Assembly: GCA_965178125.1 (NCBI GenBank)
Contig: OZ237750.1
Coordinates: 248,001-312,000, forward strand
Length of the DNA: 64,000 bases
Source: Bilabrum cf. latius
Taxonomy: Eukaryota
Direction: 5' to 3'
The notes below the pieces were generated by a model. It saw nothing but the letters and a program-made list of their open reading frames with translations. It was not told where the DNA came from and did not search any database. A program made the position numbers and the translations under genes. This document shows, one piece after another, positions 11,524-23,869 of the stretch (its first letter is position 1; every line of letters starts with the position of its first letter).

Positions 11524-13316
11524 ATGAGCGGCGGTAAACCTGCAGTAATGACATACGAAGATGCCATCGCTAACCTGCGAGCCATGTTCCCAGGTTTCGA
11601 TGACGAAATTCTCATTGCTGCGCTCTAGAACAATGGTGAGTAGCATCCAAGCAAGAATATCAAGCTATACCCTGCTGATGGAGCACAATGGCACTTCCAT
11701 GCAGCATGGCACATGATTTAGGCATCCTTGCAATCTGTTTAAAGTATCAGGACGCGCCATTGATATATTTCCCGTGCCCGCAGAAATGAAATTACAGCGT
11801 ACGATATCCTCTCTTTCGGAGATGTACACGTGAGTTTTTCAATCAGCTTGCTCCACTCTTAATCTGAGTGGATACTTCTCGCAGCTCCATCGAGTGGCAC
11901 TGGCGTGCAGTCCGACGACGTTGCCTTGCTTGATTGACCGCCTGCTTTTGGACACGTCGCCTGCTGGCACCAAGACACCCAACCCGGCCGAAAGCCTATA
12001 TCCTTGAGCCGCAGTGGAAACCCTGCTGTTGAAACTACAGCAGTCCAGGCCCCATCGCCGGCCGGTGCCTCAGGAGAGTCTTTGAGGGCTTCCGCAGCTG
12101 GAAGTACGGCAGCGGGAGCATCTGCTCGCGCCGGAGGAGCACCCTCTGGAGACGGGAGCGGCTCGCATCCTGTTGGCGGCACTTCGGAAGCCTCCGAAGC
12201 TGGCATGAAACCGTCTGAGTTGCCCGTTCGCTACCCGATCCCGGACGATTTCCTGAGGGTGCCGGGCGAGCAGGCACTTGCTCCGCCTGGCCGGCCCGAG
12301 CGGCAGCCATCGGCGGCCGAGCAGGACCAGATGGACCAGGATGAGATGATTGCAAGGGTGAGGTCGAGTATGGTTGTTTTTGCGCGCTGCGGTGCAATGC
12401 AGTGCAGTCAAGGCGCCCTCACATCTGGATCTCATTATCGACTTGCTGCTTGCCCCATGCCCCATGCCCTATGCCCCATGGCTCACATGTCACCTCGATC
12501 CCTGAGCAGATTTTGGCGGATCCAGACCTACTGATGACGTATGCATCTGATCCGATCGTTGGTCAGCTGATCAAGGACCTGGGCGGTGTCGAGGCCCTGC
12601 TCAGTCTCCAAGATGGGGACGGGGGCAGGGGGGGTCTCCCCAGGGGTATCCCCCGGGATGCGAGGCCCGGCGGGGGCGGCCGCGGGGGTAGGCCGGGCGC
12701 TGGAGCAGGGGCCCCCCGGGACCAGGCAGCTGCTCCAGAGAACAACGGGCCTTCCATGTTCGAAAGGATAGGGACGTTCTTCGCAAATGGGGGCCGGGAG
12801 GCGCGCGATCGGTTCAATAAGCTCTTCAACCGATAGGGGGGTGGCAGTGGTGGGGGTTAGGCAGGGGGGGCTGCGTCTGGCGGCAGCGGCGGCGGGTCAT
12901 CGTCCTCTTCTTCGGCGGTTGCCCCAACGGACGGGGGTGCATCGCCTGGCGGTGCAGGTGCATCGCTGCTCGGCGCAAGCAGTGGCCGAGCCGGGGATGC
13001 AGCTGATGCGCACCAGTCGCTGTCGGGGACTGGCGGCGGTGGTGGCGATGCTGGCGCTTTCGGAGACGGTGAGGATCTGGGTGCCGGGCTAGATTTACAG
13101 ATTGGGGACGATGATGACGATGATGATGACTTTGGGTCGTCTGTGAGGCCGGGCAGATCCGGGGCAGGAAGTGCAGCCGGGGCCCCTGTCCCTGTCGTGG
13201 GCCCCGATGGCAGCGGGGACATCACTCTTGGGGAAGACGATGACGATGAGGAAGAGGATGACGATGACATCTTCGGTGTGCAGCCTGACCGAGAATCTTC
13301 AGAGCCCAAGCTCTGA
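11524..13316 (+). CDS. CUE-domain (ubiquitin-binding) protein, spliced
   Basis: AIANLRAMFPGFDDEILIAAL(Q)NN/EMKLQRTISSL CUE signature across GT..AG intron 11636-11783; later intron ~12358-12508; Gly/Asp-rich tail ends TGA; middle exon structure not resolved. Confidence 0.65.
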
Positions 13317-13723
13317 GCTGTGCAACATCGGTCAATGGCGGCAATAGGATTAACCTTTGTGTTGTGCAGTTTTGGATTCCTTGATCCCATTTCGACGGCT
13401 TTAGCCACACGAGAAGTTGTTCTTCAAACGATGAATCGATGATTTAATTGATCGCAACTCAGTACACCACGGGCTACCGCTTGATTCAATCAGATCTCCA
13501 TGCCTACCAGCGCCCCGCCCAGGCAGGCGTGCTCCCCTGCCAGTGTAAGGAAGCGAGCACATCAGCCGGTCAGCTTACTGGGACAAGTAAATCTGCTGCC
13601 ATCGAGCATGAGTCAGCTCACCCGATGCGGTATAACAAATACAAACAAACTCAAACATGCACGCCCGGCCACGGCGGGCCGAGCACCGGAGCAGCTGCTC
13701 CGGAGGTGACCCTCGGTCGCAGC

Positions 13724-16383
13724 TCACTGCTGGGCGGCCATGTGGTTCACGTAGGCGCGCACCAGCTGGTTGATGTCCTTGCCCAGAGGAGTCTGGAAGT
13801 ACAGCTTGGTCTGGCGCATGAGCGTGCCGACGTGCAGGACGAAGGAGCTGCCCGAGTGGCCCCAAGTCGGGATCTTGTCGTACGTGTACTCCTCCAGCAC
13901 GGCCTTGGTCTCGGGGTTGATGCACAGGATGCCCTTCTGCGACGATAATAAGGCAAGAAAACGAACGAAAGTGGAAAGTGTAGGTCGCGAACGGCCGTGG
14001 CACGTGCTGCAAGTACCAAGCAGGAGACAAACCATCATCCAGTGCACAGGGCAGTAACAAAGAAACAAATATACAACTATCTCACGGGGTTGACGGCCAG
14101 GAATACTTCCTCGGGCAGCGTGGCAGACATCTGGGTGCGGCACCAGAAGAAGGAGGACCCGTAGACCTTCCATTTGCGGACGTGGTCCATGTAGTCGGAG
14201 CGGCACTGGGAGGGAGCCTTGCTCTTGTGAGCGGCCAGGCGCTTGTTCAGCTCGGCCGTAAGTTCAGCGGACCGTGTTCCACCGATCAGCTTGGCGTTGA
14301 TGTACCGGTGCAGCTCATTGGGGGTCACGTTGGTGTTGGGCTTCTCGCACTGCCTCTGGAGTGCACCCAGGGAGAGCTGGTCGTCCTCGGAACAGGGGTA
14401 CCTCGCCGATACCACATCGTACACTGCCTGAGTGTACATGAGCTTCTCGGCGGCCTTATCGGGCTCGCCCTTCTTGTTGGGGGTGGGGTCGATGTACACA
14501 TGCACCTTGAGGGCGATCCGGAAGGTCTGCGCATCCGCGTCACGAGCGTCCCTGCTCTTCTGCTCGTCGTACAGGCGCTGCCAGTAGGCGACCAGATCGG
14601 CGATACGCTCGTCATCGTCCAGGCAACGCTCCTCGTTCTCTGGCGTCAGCTCGTAGATCTTGAACGCCTGCCTGTTCTCCTCGTACACGCCCAGGAGCTC
14701 AAGCACCTGGTTGGCCAGGTCGCTGGGGGTCATCCAGCTCTGCACCGGCATCATCTCGTACGTGCCGTCGACCTGCGACCAGAAACATAAGCGCATAGAA
14801 TCAACGGCAAGAATGTAACACATGACCGGAATAGATTAGCATCAGCCACATGCTGCCGAGCAGCGCACACACAATCACCGAGCCAGCGCGCACGCAAAGA
14901 GGAATCATCACACAAGACAAGACAACACGCATTCAAACATATCTCGAGCCAACCAACTTACGAAGTAGACGCGCACCAGGAAAGGCAGCATGTACTTGGA
15001 CGCCTCGATCTCGAGAGAGGTGGGGATCTCGGCCCTGACACCGAACTGGGTGATCTTCATGAGTCGGCCCAAGGAGTACTCGGCGTACTCGTGGATGCCG
15101 GGGACGCCCGTGGTCGTGGGCGGGTGGGTGTCCTTGGCGGTGTTGAAGTGGGAGGCCAGGTACGGCTCCAGCGTCTTTGAAGGGGCCACGCCCCCGGTGA
15201 CCACGCCGAACAGCTGCCAGGCCTTCAGGAGGCTCTGGGGGTTCGAGTTGTTCGTGGACTGCTTGATGATCTGCAGGTACACCTCATCACGGAGGTCCTC
15301 TGGCCCACTCAGGCAGTTCTTCAGCAGCTTCTCAGCGTGGCCCTCGTCACCCTTACCAGAGGACCTGTCTCCCATGAAACCGGTTGCATTGCGGAAGCAC
15401 TGGATCGCCATGGCGCTCATCTCACCGGAGCTCAGAGACTTCAGCAGAGGCATCTTGATGACCTCCGGCTTGTGGGACAGGAGTTTTGCCACCGTTGTGT
15501 TCGTCTTGAACATGCCCTTCCTGGCCAGCAGGCAGTACTCGGTGGCGTAGTCCTCCAGAGACTTGCGCTCGGGCGCCTCGCCCAGCGTGATGGCCTGCAT
15601 GTCCATCACCGAGAGCTTCTCGCGCCTAAGGCGCTCCTCTTTCTCGGCAGCGAGTTCCATCTCCTGTTCCTTGGCCTCCTCGGCGCGGGCCTTTTCTTCC
15701 TCCCTCTTCTTCTTCATCCGGATCTTGTTGAAGGCCTTGAGGCGCTAGAAGGTGGCATTTCTCGTGCTGATCTTCTCCTGGGCCCGATCCACGCAGTACT
15801 GCAGGATCTTGGACCAGCAGGACTTGGTGACCGGGGTCAGCCCGCGGGTGAAGGCCACGGGCTTCGCCTCATCGGCCTCGGCGGCCCCACCCTCGCCTGC
15901 TCCGGAGGCCATGGCTTTCTCGGCGGCTTCGGCGGCAGCAGCCAGCGCGGCTGCGTCGGCTCCACCTGCGGCTGCGGGCGCCGCTGCGGGCTCGGCTGCG
16001 GCGGGTTCCGCCGCTGCGGCTGCCGCGGGCTCTGCTGCCGCGGGCTCTGCTGCGGCAGGGGCTGCCTGGGCGGCGGCAGCAGCGGCATACTTTCCGATGG
16101 CATCCTGGATGACCGGGTCCGGCACCTCCCACTGCGTGCTCTAGTCGGGGCCGACGTAATAAATGTTGCCAGAGCTGGGGTCCTTGGCACCGGTCCAGCC
16201 AGCGATCTCTCCCTCGGGCTTGGGGCTGCGAGGACGGACGAAGCGAAAAGTGGAGGTGCGGGATCTTTCGTTAGGGAGGAGCTTGCGGATGCATTGAAGC
16301 TGTGACTGACTGATACGGTCGAGCGTTGCGTCAATCACCAACTGTTTAACCAATAGTACTGAAACATCCGCAAGAGCGTTCAT
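13724..16383 (-). CDS. WW - coiled coil - MyTH4 - FERM domain protein, spliced
   Basis: WW: GWTGAKDPSSGNIYYVGPD(Q)STQWEVP; MyTH4: FMGDR, LRDEVYLQIIKQ, AWQL, RAEIPTSLEIEA; FERM lobes downstream; introns ~14773-14960 and ~13937-14085; start codon uncertain. Confidence 0.85.
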
Positions 16384-17020
16384 CGCAGTTTGCGAGATAG
16401 GCGATAGCGAAGTGCGGACCCCGCCAAGGGCTGCTTAGGAGCCAAACACCATCCTGAAGCATTGAAACACCATCAATGCAGGGCCAATATACTTAAATAC
16501 AAAATCATGGTCAATGCACGATCTATTGAACGCGTTTTTGGAACACACACCGAATGGACGCCAGTCACGAATGTCCGGTGGGCTGTACTGAACTCTCACA
16601 CCTCATCAGGCCACTCCCAGGTGGTGCTCTGGTCTTCGTTGTTCACAAAGTAGTAGCGAGAATGCTCTTCGGCCCATGCAGCGGTAAACTTTGGCGAAAT
16701 TAATCCAGAGGCCATTTTCTTTCGAAGACTCTTATGGGAGAGGCGGAGCGACAAATTGATCTATTGTTTATCGCACAATTGGTTGCGACCGCTCGCTTAC
16801 ATCGGGTGGTCGCAAGTCGCGCAGGAGGAATACCACCAGAGGCCCCTCCAGTAGTTGCTTGTTGAGTTCTTGCTGTACCTTACTTTTGTTCTATCGAGTT
16901 TGACTGCTATTGGAGGCCGAGTTTTACATAAGGGTTGAGCCGGATTGGGACAAACCGGCAAAACGTATATTCTTCGCATTCTTGCTCAGTAGGACTTCTT
17001 CCGTCCGCTTCTTGGCCTAC

Positions 17021-20000
17021 ATGTGGCGACTTTTAGCAGCATGTTGTATCTTTCTGCCTGTACTTGCGGTTGAAACTTAGCGCGGTCCGATTCATGAGGA
17101 CGGGCAAGGGCCTGCACGGACAGGCAGTTTCGCCACAGAGTTGTTCAGCCTGCGTCAACGCCGACGCACTACGATAGCAGCGGCAGGACATGTGATAAAT
17201 TCGACCATTGGACTGAATACTCACAGTTTCAATCAAGGGGGCAATCCTGGACTGTCTACACCAGTATTCTCGCTTGAGGTAGCCAGCGGAGCGCCTCCGC
17301 AGAGCACAGGCACAACCTCTTTGATGAACAACGCAACCGAAAAAGTGAGCTTTGAAATCGAATGACTTTTGACATGGCCCTCTTTATGGCAGGCACCGCC
17401 ATGTACTTCAAACTCAACCGTTGACCCACTCGTGCCTCAGGCATACATCGATCTGGCGCCTGGCTTCACGAAACTAGGTACAGGATTAACTGGACGAATG
17501 ACAACTATCCGCGACATTTCGGTGAGAACGAAAGAATTTGTCGCGCGGGCAGTGAACTCGGTTGTGATGGGTTACTGGATATGCTGAATTGCCACAAGAG
17601 CCGAATTTCAGCTAACGATACCATTTCACAGTATGTTCGGTTCAGCACCAGCCGCACTCCACTGGATTCCGGCGATCCTGACTGGTACATCAGCGTGTAC
17701 ACTGCGTTGGAAGGCGTCGATGATACGGGGTCCTGGTACAACACGCTGCTGAATGGCGAGTCCATCTATGCAAGAGGGCATGCAGAGTACGTGGATGGCA
17801 AGGCAGGAGAGTGGCTCCTGTGGGACACGCGGGCCGAAGACGAGGACGCGCCGAGCACTGTTCCGGCCGGCAGCGGCCTCTCCTTCTACGACTTCAACCG
17901 GCTGGGCGGCGTGCGCGGGATCGCTCGCGGGCCATCGCTGCAGGATCTGCAAGACCCCGCTTTCAACTGGAGCTCTGTGCGGAACATCCCGCGGGGCACC
18001 CAGTTCAGCAACCCCGTGACGCCGTACTGCGACAAGCCCGTGCTGAACCTGCGGCTGTCCACCGCCGTGGACGAGGGCAACTGGAAGGACTTCCACGGCA
18101 AGCTGGGCTGGGTGCAGGTGGGCATCACCTACTCCAGCATGAAGAACGACACATACGTGCTGAACTACGACATCGTGGGCAACGCGCCCACCCCGACACC
18201 CCAGCCGAGCCCCACCCCGCCCGCACCCTCCCCCTCGCCCGTGCCCCCAGTGCCGCCGTCCACGTCCAACGGGTGGCCCAGCGGCAGAGGCGCGCAGAAC
18301 ACGGGCTTCTTCCGCGGCAACGTGACCGACTTCGCCACGGCAGCGCAGTCGTTCCTGCTCCCCGCACAGCAAGGCAGCCGGGCGTCCAGGAGCGTGGACT
18401 CCGGGACGGTGGTGTCTGCCAACGGCACGGTGAGCTTCGTGCTGACGGCGGGCGGGCTGATGTACGCTCTCCGACACACGGCAACTGAGGTGGAGCCGGC
18501 GTGGGTGCGGAACCTGGGGGCCGGGGCCCCGCGCGGCATCGCCCCCGTGCTGTCCCCTGACGGCAGCGTGCTGCTGGCGGCCACGGGCGGGTCCCAGCGG
18601 CTGCTGCTGGCCATGGACCCGTCCTCTGCGGGGTCTCTGTGGAACTACCGCAGCAGCAGTGGGGCCACGGGCAGCCCGGTGTTCTTCGACTTTGACGCCG
18701 CACAGGAGAAGATGAGGACCGGCCAGCTGAAGCAGCCCTCTGCGACCCCGGGCCCGTCACCGTCTGCCCCTGCACCGTCCTCGTCCTCATCCTCGGCTGC
18801 GGCCGAGCCAAGCGGCACGTCGATCTTCGCTTCGTTCGGGTCGACCCTGGTGGCGCTGGACGCAGCCACGGGCCAGCCGCAGTGGCGGTGCATATCCGAC
18901 TCCGGGTCCCCATTCGTGGGCCGGGTGGCGGTGGAGCACGACGGTAGCGCCGTGTACGCAGCCACGTCTGCAGGGGCGGTGTATGCGATGCGCGCGTTCC
19001 AGTCTGCGAGCAGCGCGTGCGTGCAGGGTGCCACTGGCAGCGAGCCGCCCAAGTGCGGGCAGGGGCCAGTGGGGTCATGCAACCTGTGGGTCAGCAGCAC
19101 GAGCCCGAGTCACCCGTCGGTAGCTGCTCCCGTGGTGGCCGGCCCGGTGTTGGACGAGCTGTATGGGCGGCTGCTGGTCGCAACCAGCGCGTGGGCGGGG
19201 CGCGGCGGGCTGGTGCTGAGCTACGATCTCGGGGAGCACGCGCCGGCGCCGCGCGATCTGTTCGAGGTTCCGCACGAGGACATCACGGGTGCATTTGTGT
19301 CCGTGCAGGGGGCCCCCGGTCTGGCCTTGTTCCCTGGCAGCATGGAGCAGACGATCCTGGTGGGCGACTCGATCGGGCGGCAGTTCGCGCTTCAGTCGGG
19401 GCCCAGCTCGGAAGCCCCCTTGGTGCCCCGTTGGGTGGAGGTGGTGGGCCAGACGGATGGAGGTTAGAGCAACTTGGTGTCCACTGCGTCCACGCCGGTG
19501 AGCAACGGGCAGGTGGTGCTGCTGAACACGCAGCAGGAGGCAATCGCACTGGACCTGCTGTCGGGGCAGCCCGTGTGGTCTAGATTGCACCCGAGAACGT
19601 CGGTTCCCGATCCAAAGCAGCCCGCCCCCCCTCTGTCAGTGGCTCCGAACGGGCAAGTGAGGTATGCCACGAGAGGGGCGCAGTTCGTGTCCGTGGCTTC
19701 CGGATGCCCCGCCCTGTCCCGGCCAGTGAACGGCTCCATCATGTGCGCCTACAACGAGGATGGGCTGCCATCGTGCCAGTACTCGTGCGATGCCGAGCAC
19801 CTGCCGCAGCCAGAGGGCCACCCACTGGTGACGTCGTGCCAGCTGGGCGGCAGCTGGTCCGAGGACCCGGTGCGGTGCCAGCTGGTGACGTGCCAGTACT
19901 CTGCGTGGTCGGCGTACGACGCATGCGATGTGCCGTGTGGCGGGGGCGTGCAGACTCGCCGTCGAAACGCCACAGGCGCGTCTCCATCGGCTGGTCTGGA

Positions 20001-22734
20001 CTTCTGCACTCGTGTATCGGAGGATCGCGCGTGCAATGTGGCTGAGTGCGCGGCTCCCAGCGCTGAGTCAGACCCGTTCATCCAGTACTCGGTGTCGCTC
20101 AACGTGACGTCAGCGGAGGACTTTGGCTCTGAGGAGCGTCGCGGCTTCAGGGAGAACGTGGCCCAGGCAGCGGGGGTGTCCGAGTCGCAGGTGTTCATCA
20201 CGTCAGTGGAGCTGGTGTCGGGGAACAACACGAGGAGGAGGAGGCGAGCACTGGGTGCATCTGGGGCCTGGGTGCAAGAGGGCCTGGGGTCGGCTGCGAG
20301 GGGCGCCATGGCGTGGATGGGGCTGGTGTCCAGCCGTGCGCTGCAGGTGCAGCAGCAGCAGCAGCAGGAGCTGAAGGTGAACTTCCGGATCGAGGTGGCT
20401 GGGGGCACGGCTACCGAGCTGTCTGCCATCGCGGCTCGCATCGTGGGTGCTTGCCAGTCTGGCACAGTGCAAGGTCAGTGCGCGCCCGTGTCTGACCTGG
20501 AGATCGTGGACGATCCTAAGAAGCAGTTCGGGGGTGACCCCAAGGATGATCCGCTGTCTGACGGACTGATCGGCACGATTGTGCTGGGGTCTGTGATGGC
20601 GGTGGCTCTGGTGGGTGGGGCGGGATTCTTCGCGTACAAGTACACTCGCCCGGCCGATGAGTCCGCACGGGTTGCTCCCGACGGCACAATGGAGGAGGGT
20701 GGCAGCAAGCAGCATCCAGATAGTATCGGGCCCCGGTCCGATGACCCGCTGATCGACGCGGCACTCCGCAAGGCAGGTCCTACTGCCGGGCTGGCTGCAT
20801 CGGGCGGACAGCAGGGTGGGGCTGCGGACAGGGGTGACCAGGACGTGGGCGAGTTCAGTGGCGTGGCCCCTGGCCAGGATCAGGGAACAACGGGGGGACG
20901 AGGCGGACGCCGTAACTCCTGGAATTAGACTGCGGCCGCAGCATCCGGCCAAGGGGGCTACGTCCCTCCTGACGCAGGCTCTGCTGGCCAGCGCCGGGAC
21001 AGGGAGACCACGATGGACCCGGTGAGACAGGCGTTCAGCGGCACGATGCAAGGTGACGGGATGATGCTGGCGCCTGGATCTGCATCGTGGCGGTTTGAAG
21101 ACGGCTCCAAGGAAAGCCCAGGGAACAGTGGACGTGGGTTCGGAGCCGATGCCGGCAAGGGAGGCTCCGAAATCCGAGGCGCTGCACAGCAGGAGCAGCA
21201 GGAGCAGTGGTAGGAGCAGGGCGGTGGTATCCCGGCCCATCAGCCTGCAGTGGTCCGTGTCAGCCTTCTGGACTCAATCGCGCCTCGCAGTGGTCAGCAA
21301 TCCAGCCGCGCACCCATGGAGGGCGGCAGGACCACAGAGCCGCAACCACCTGCAAGCCAGGGTATCGCGCTGGCTGGTGACTCCGTGCATTCTCGATACC
21401 ACCGCAGGAGTCGTGGGGGGTCACGAGGATCGGATCCGGTCGGGAATGACGTGGGGCCTGAGTCAGAAGCACGACCCGCTGACGCAACCCACCCACCCTC
21501 TGCAGAAACACAAAGCCATGGGGCACACGATGACGCGGGGTTCCGTGCCCATGCAAGTCCCATTAGTCCCAGGCAGGCTCTACCGCTGCACCATGATGCG
21601 CCCATGCAGAGCCCTGGCCAGCCCATGGAGGAGCACCATCACGGACCGGGGCTCAACACCACGACACCACCGCCGCCGCCGAGGCAGCAACAGACGCTTG
21701 CACCCACTGCATCCTCCCATGGCGGGCCCAGGCTGACGGGCAACTACGGCGCCCCGATCGCCACCCCTCGGCGCAGGCTCGGGGAACAAGCCGGGGAACA
21801 CGCTATCCGTGAGCCCCAGAGCGCCGCACTGCGCGCCACCCGGGCTGCTCTGCAGTCCGCGCCCACCAGAGACCAGCATCATCCGGAATCAGAACCCGCC
21901 CCCAGGGCGCGCGGCCGGCTGCCTGTTTCGCCCAGTGACGAGGCCGTCGGCCGGCTCTTCGGGGCTGGCGAGCCGGGAGCACCTGCCTGGGGCGAGCAGG
22001 GGGGCGGGTTCAGCGCGGGTCCGAGTGTGCCAGGGCAGGGGGGTGTGGCCACGGGAGATGGCAGGGGGAGGGCCCGGGGCGGCGAGAAGAGGAGGTCTGG
22101 GTCGGTGTTCGCTGCGCTGCCCAGCGGGCAAGGCAGCGGCGGGATGTACGTGCATCCGGGTGCATCGCATGGTGGTGCAAGCAGGGGGTAGCCGCCCCGG
22201 GAGCGAGTGCGACTGGGCGACCTGGACCGTGATACTACCACGGGCATGGGCATGGGCATGGGCATGGGCGGCAGCAGGGGTAGGGGTGATGCTAGCGGCG
22301 CCGCGCATTCCAGCGGAACAGGAGTTGTCCCCAGGGAGCAGCTCTGGGGCGAGCCTTCACACGCAGGCGGTGATGAGTGGAATCGGAGCCGGAATGACGG
22401 CGCGGGAGACGGTCGTCGTCGTCGCGGGGAGCGTCGCAACAGCGGAGCATTCGCCAGCGCTGCGCAGCAGTCCTTGGGTGCATCGCATGGTGGTGCGACT
22501 GGCCGCGGCGGGGGAAATGCCTGGGGATCATCCCGTGGCGGAGGCAGCCAAGAGCGCAGCGGCGGGTCTGGTACAAGCGGTGGAAGGAACCGGCGCAGGA
22601 GCAGCGGCGCTCTTGGAGACGCGGTCGCTGCGGTGTGGGGCTCTGGCGTGGAGGCGCAGACCGGTGACCCTGCGCCCAGGGCAACAGCTTCGCAGCCGAG
22701 ATACCAGGCGCAGCTTTGGGAGGGAGAGAACTGA
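17021..22734 (+). CDS. Large type I membrane protein, copy 1 (signal peptide, PQQ-like beta-propeller, sushi, TSP1, SEA-like, TM, low-complexity tail)
   Basis: MWRLLAACCIFLPVLA signal; introns ~17345-17440 and ~17522-17631; LVALDAATGQPQW repeats; CPALSRPVNG..CQYSC..SW..DPVRC; WSAYDACDVPCGGGVQTRRR; RRRRRAL; TM GLIGTIVLGSVMAVALVGGAGFFAY; one frame through TAGs to TGA. Confidence 0.8.
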
Positions 22735-23023
22735 GTTATTGATAAATTTGTGATGAGTACAACTTGCGATTTGCGTACACTTGTGTGTTTCGCTGTCTAT
22801 AGTCACTATTCTCAGTTCCGCCCTGTGGTGCTGACCTTCAAGATTCATATGAATTGCGATCTGAGAGTTATGGATCATTCTACTGGTTGAATCCTTTGTA
22901 TTTCACGAATGTACATAAGCTAAAGCAAAAGCAAGCCAAGCGAATCGCGCCCTCGCATAGAATCTCCTCCAAGCTCCGAGGGAACTGACACATGAAGCAC
23001 CAAATTGCTTCTCTCCACCATGC

Positions 23024-23646
23024 TCAGGTCTACGGACCGCTGGCGCCACCTTGCGAGCCACTGGCATCACCAGGACGTCGTCCTGGCGATGAAATATCAT
23101 CGAGAGACCGCGCAACGCGACCGCCCCCGCTGCTGCGATCAGCCCCCCACTCCCAGTCGCTGCCGAAGCTCGTACGGGGCGCAAGGCCAGCACCACCATC
23201 TCCAGCGCCAGGGCCCGCGCTCCCAGTTCCGTGCCGGACGGTGCTGGCACCCATCGGACTCCTCGCCAGGGTGCGCGGCGCCGCGCCTGCGGAACCAGGA
23301 AGTCCCTGGAAGGCGGCGCTGTTGCGACCCTCCGTAGTAGCCCGCCGCACGTCGCTCAGCCGGATTCGAACCCGCGGGATTGAACTGGGCGACGTGGGAG
23401 ACGGACCTGAGTCAGGCCCGAGCCCAACAGCCCGCCGCATGTCGCCCAGCCGGATTCGAACCCGCGGGATTGAACTGGGCGGTGTGCGAGACGAACCTGA
23501 GTCAGGCCCAAGCCCAACAGCCCGCCGCATGTCGCTCAGCCGGATTCGAACCTCCGGGACTGACCTGGGCGATGTGGGAGATGCACCTGAGTCAGGCACA
23601 GGCCCCGACCCCTGGCCCTGTGCCTGTGCCTGTGCCTGTGCCCGTG

Positions 23647-23698
<52 letters not shown>

Positions 23699-23836
23699 GC
23701 CCAAATCAGCCCCCGGAATGGGCACGGGCATCGACCCGCCCTCTGCCCCAGCGAGGGACTGGGAGCCCCCGGGGAGGGGCGGGTTGCGACGAGGCAGCAT
23801 CGCCCTCGTAACGCGAAGGTGAGGCCGCTCATCGGC

Positions 23837-23869
<33 letters not shown>

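Noticed and set aside
13724-16383. Unconventional myosin
   Set aside because: MyTH4-FERM is present but no motor domain is seen; the N-terminus is a WW domain and the upstream space is short
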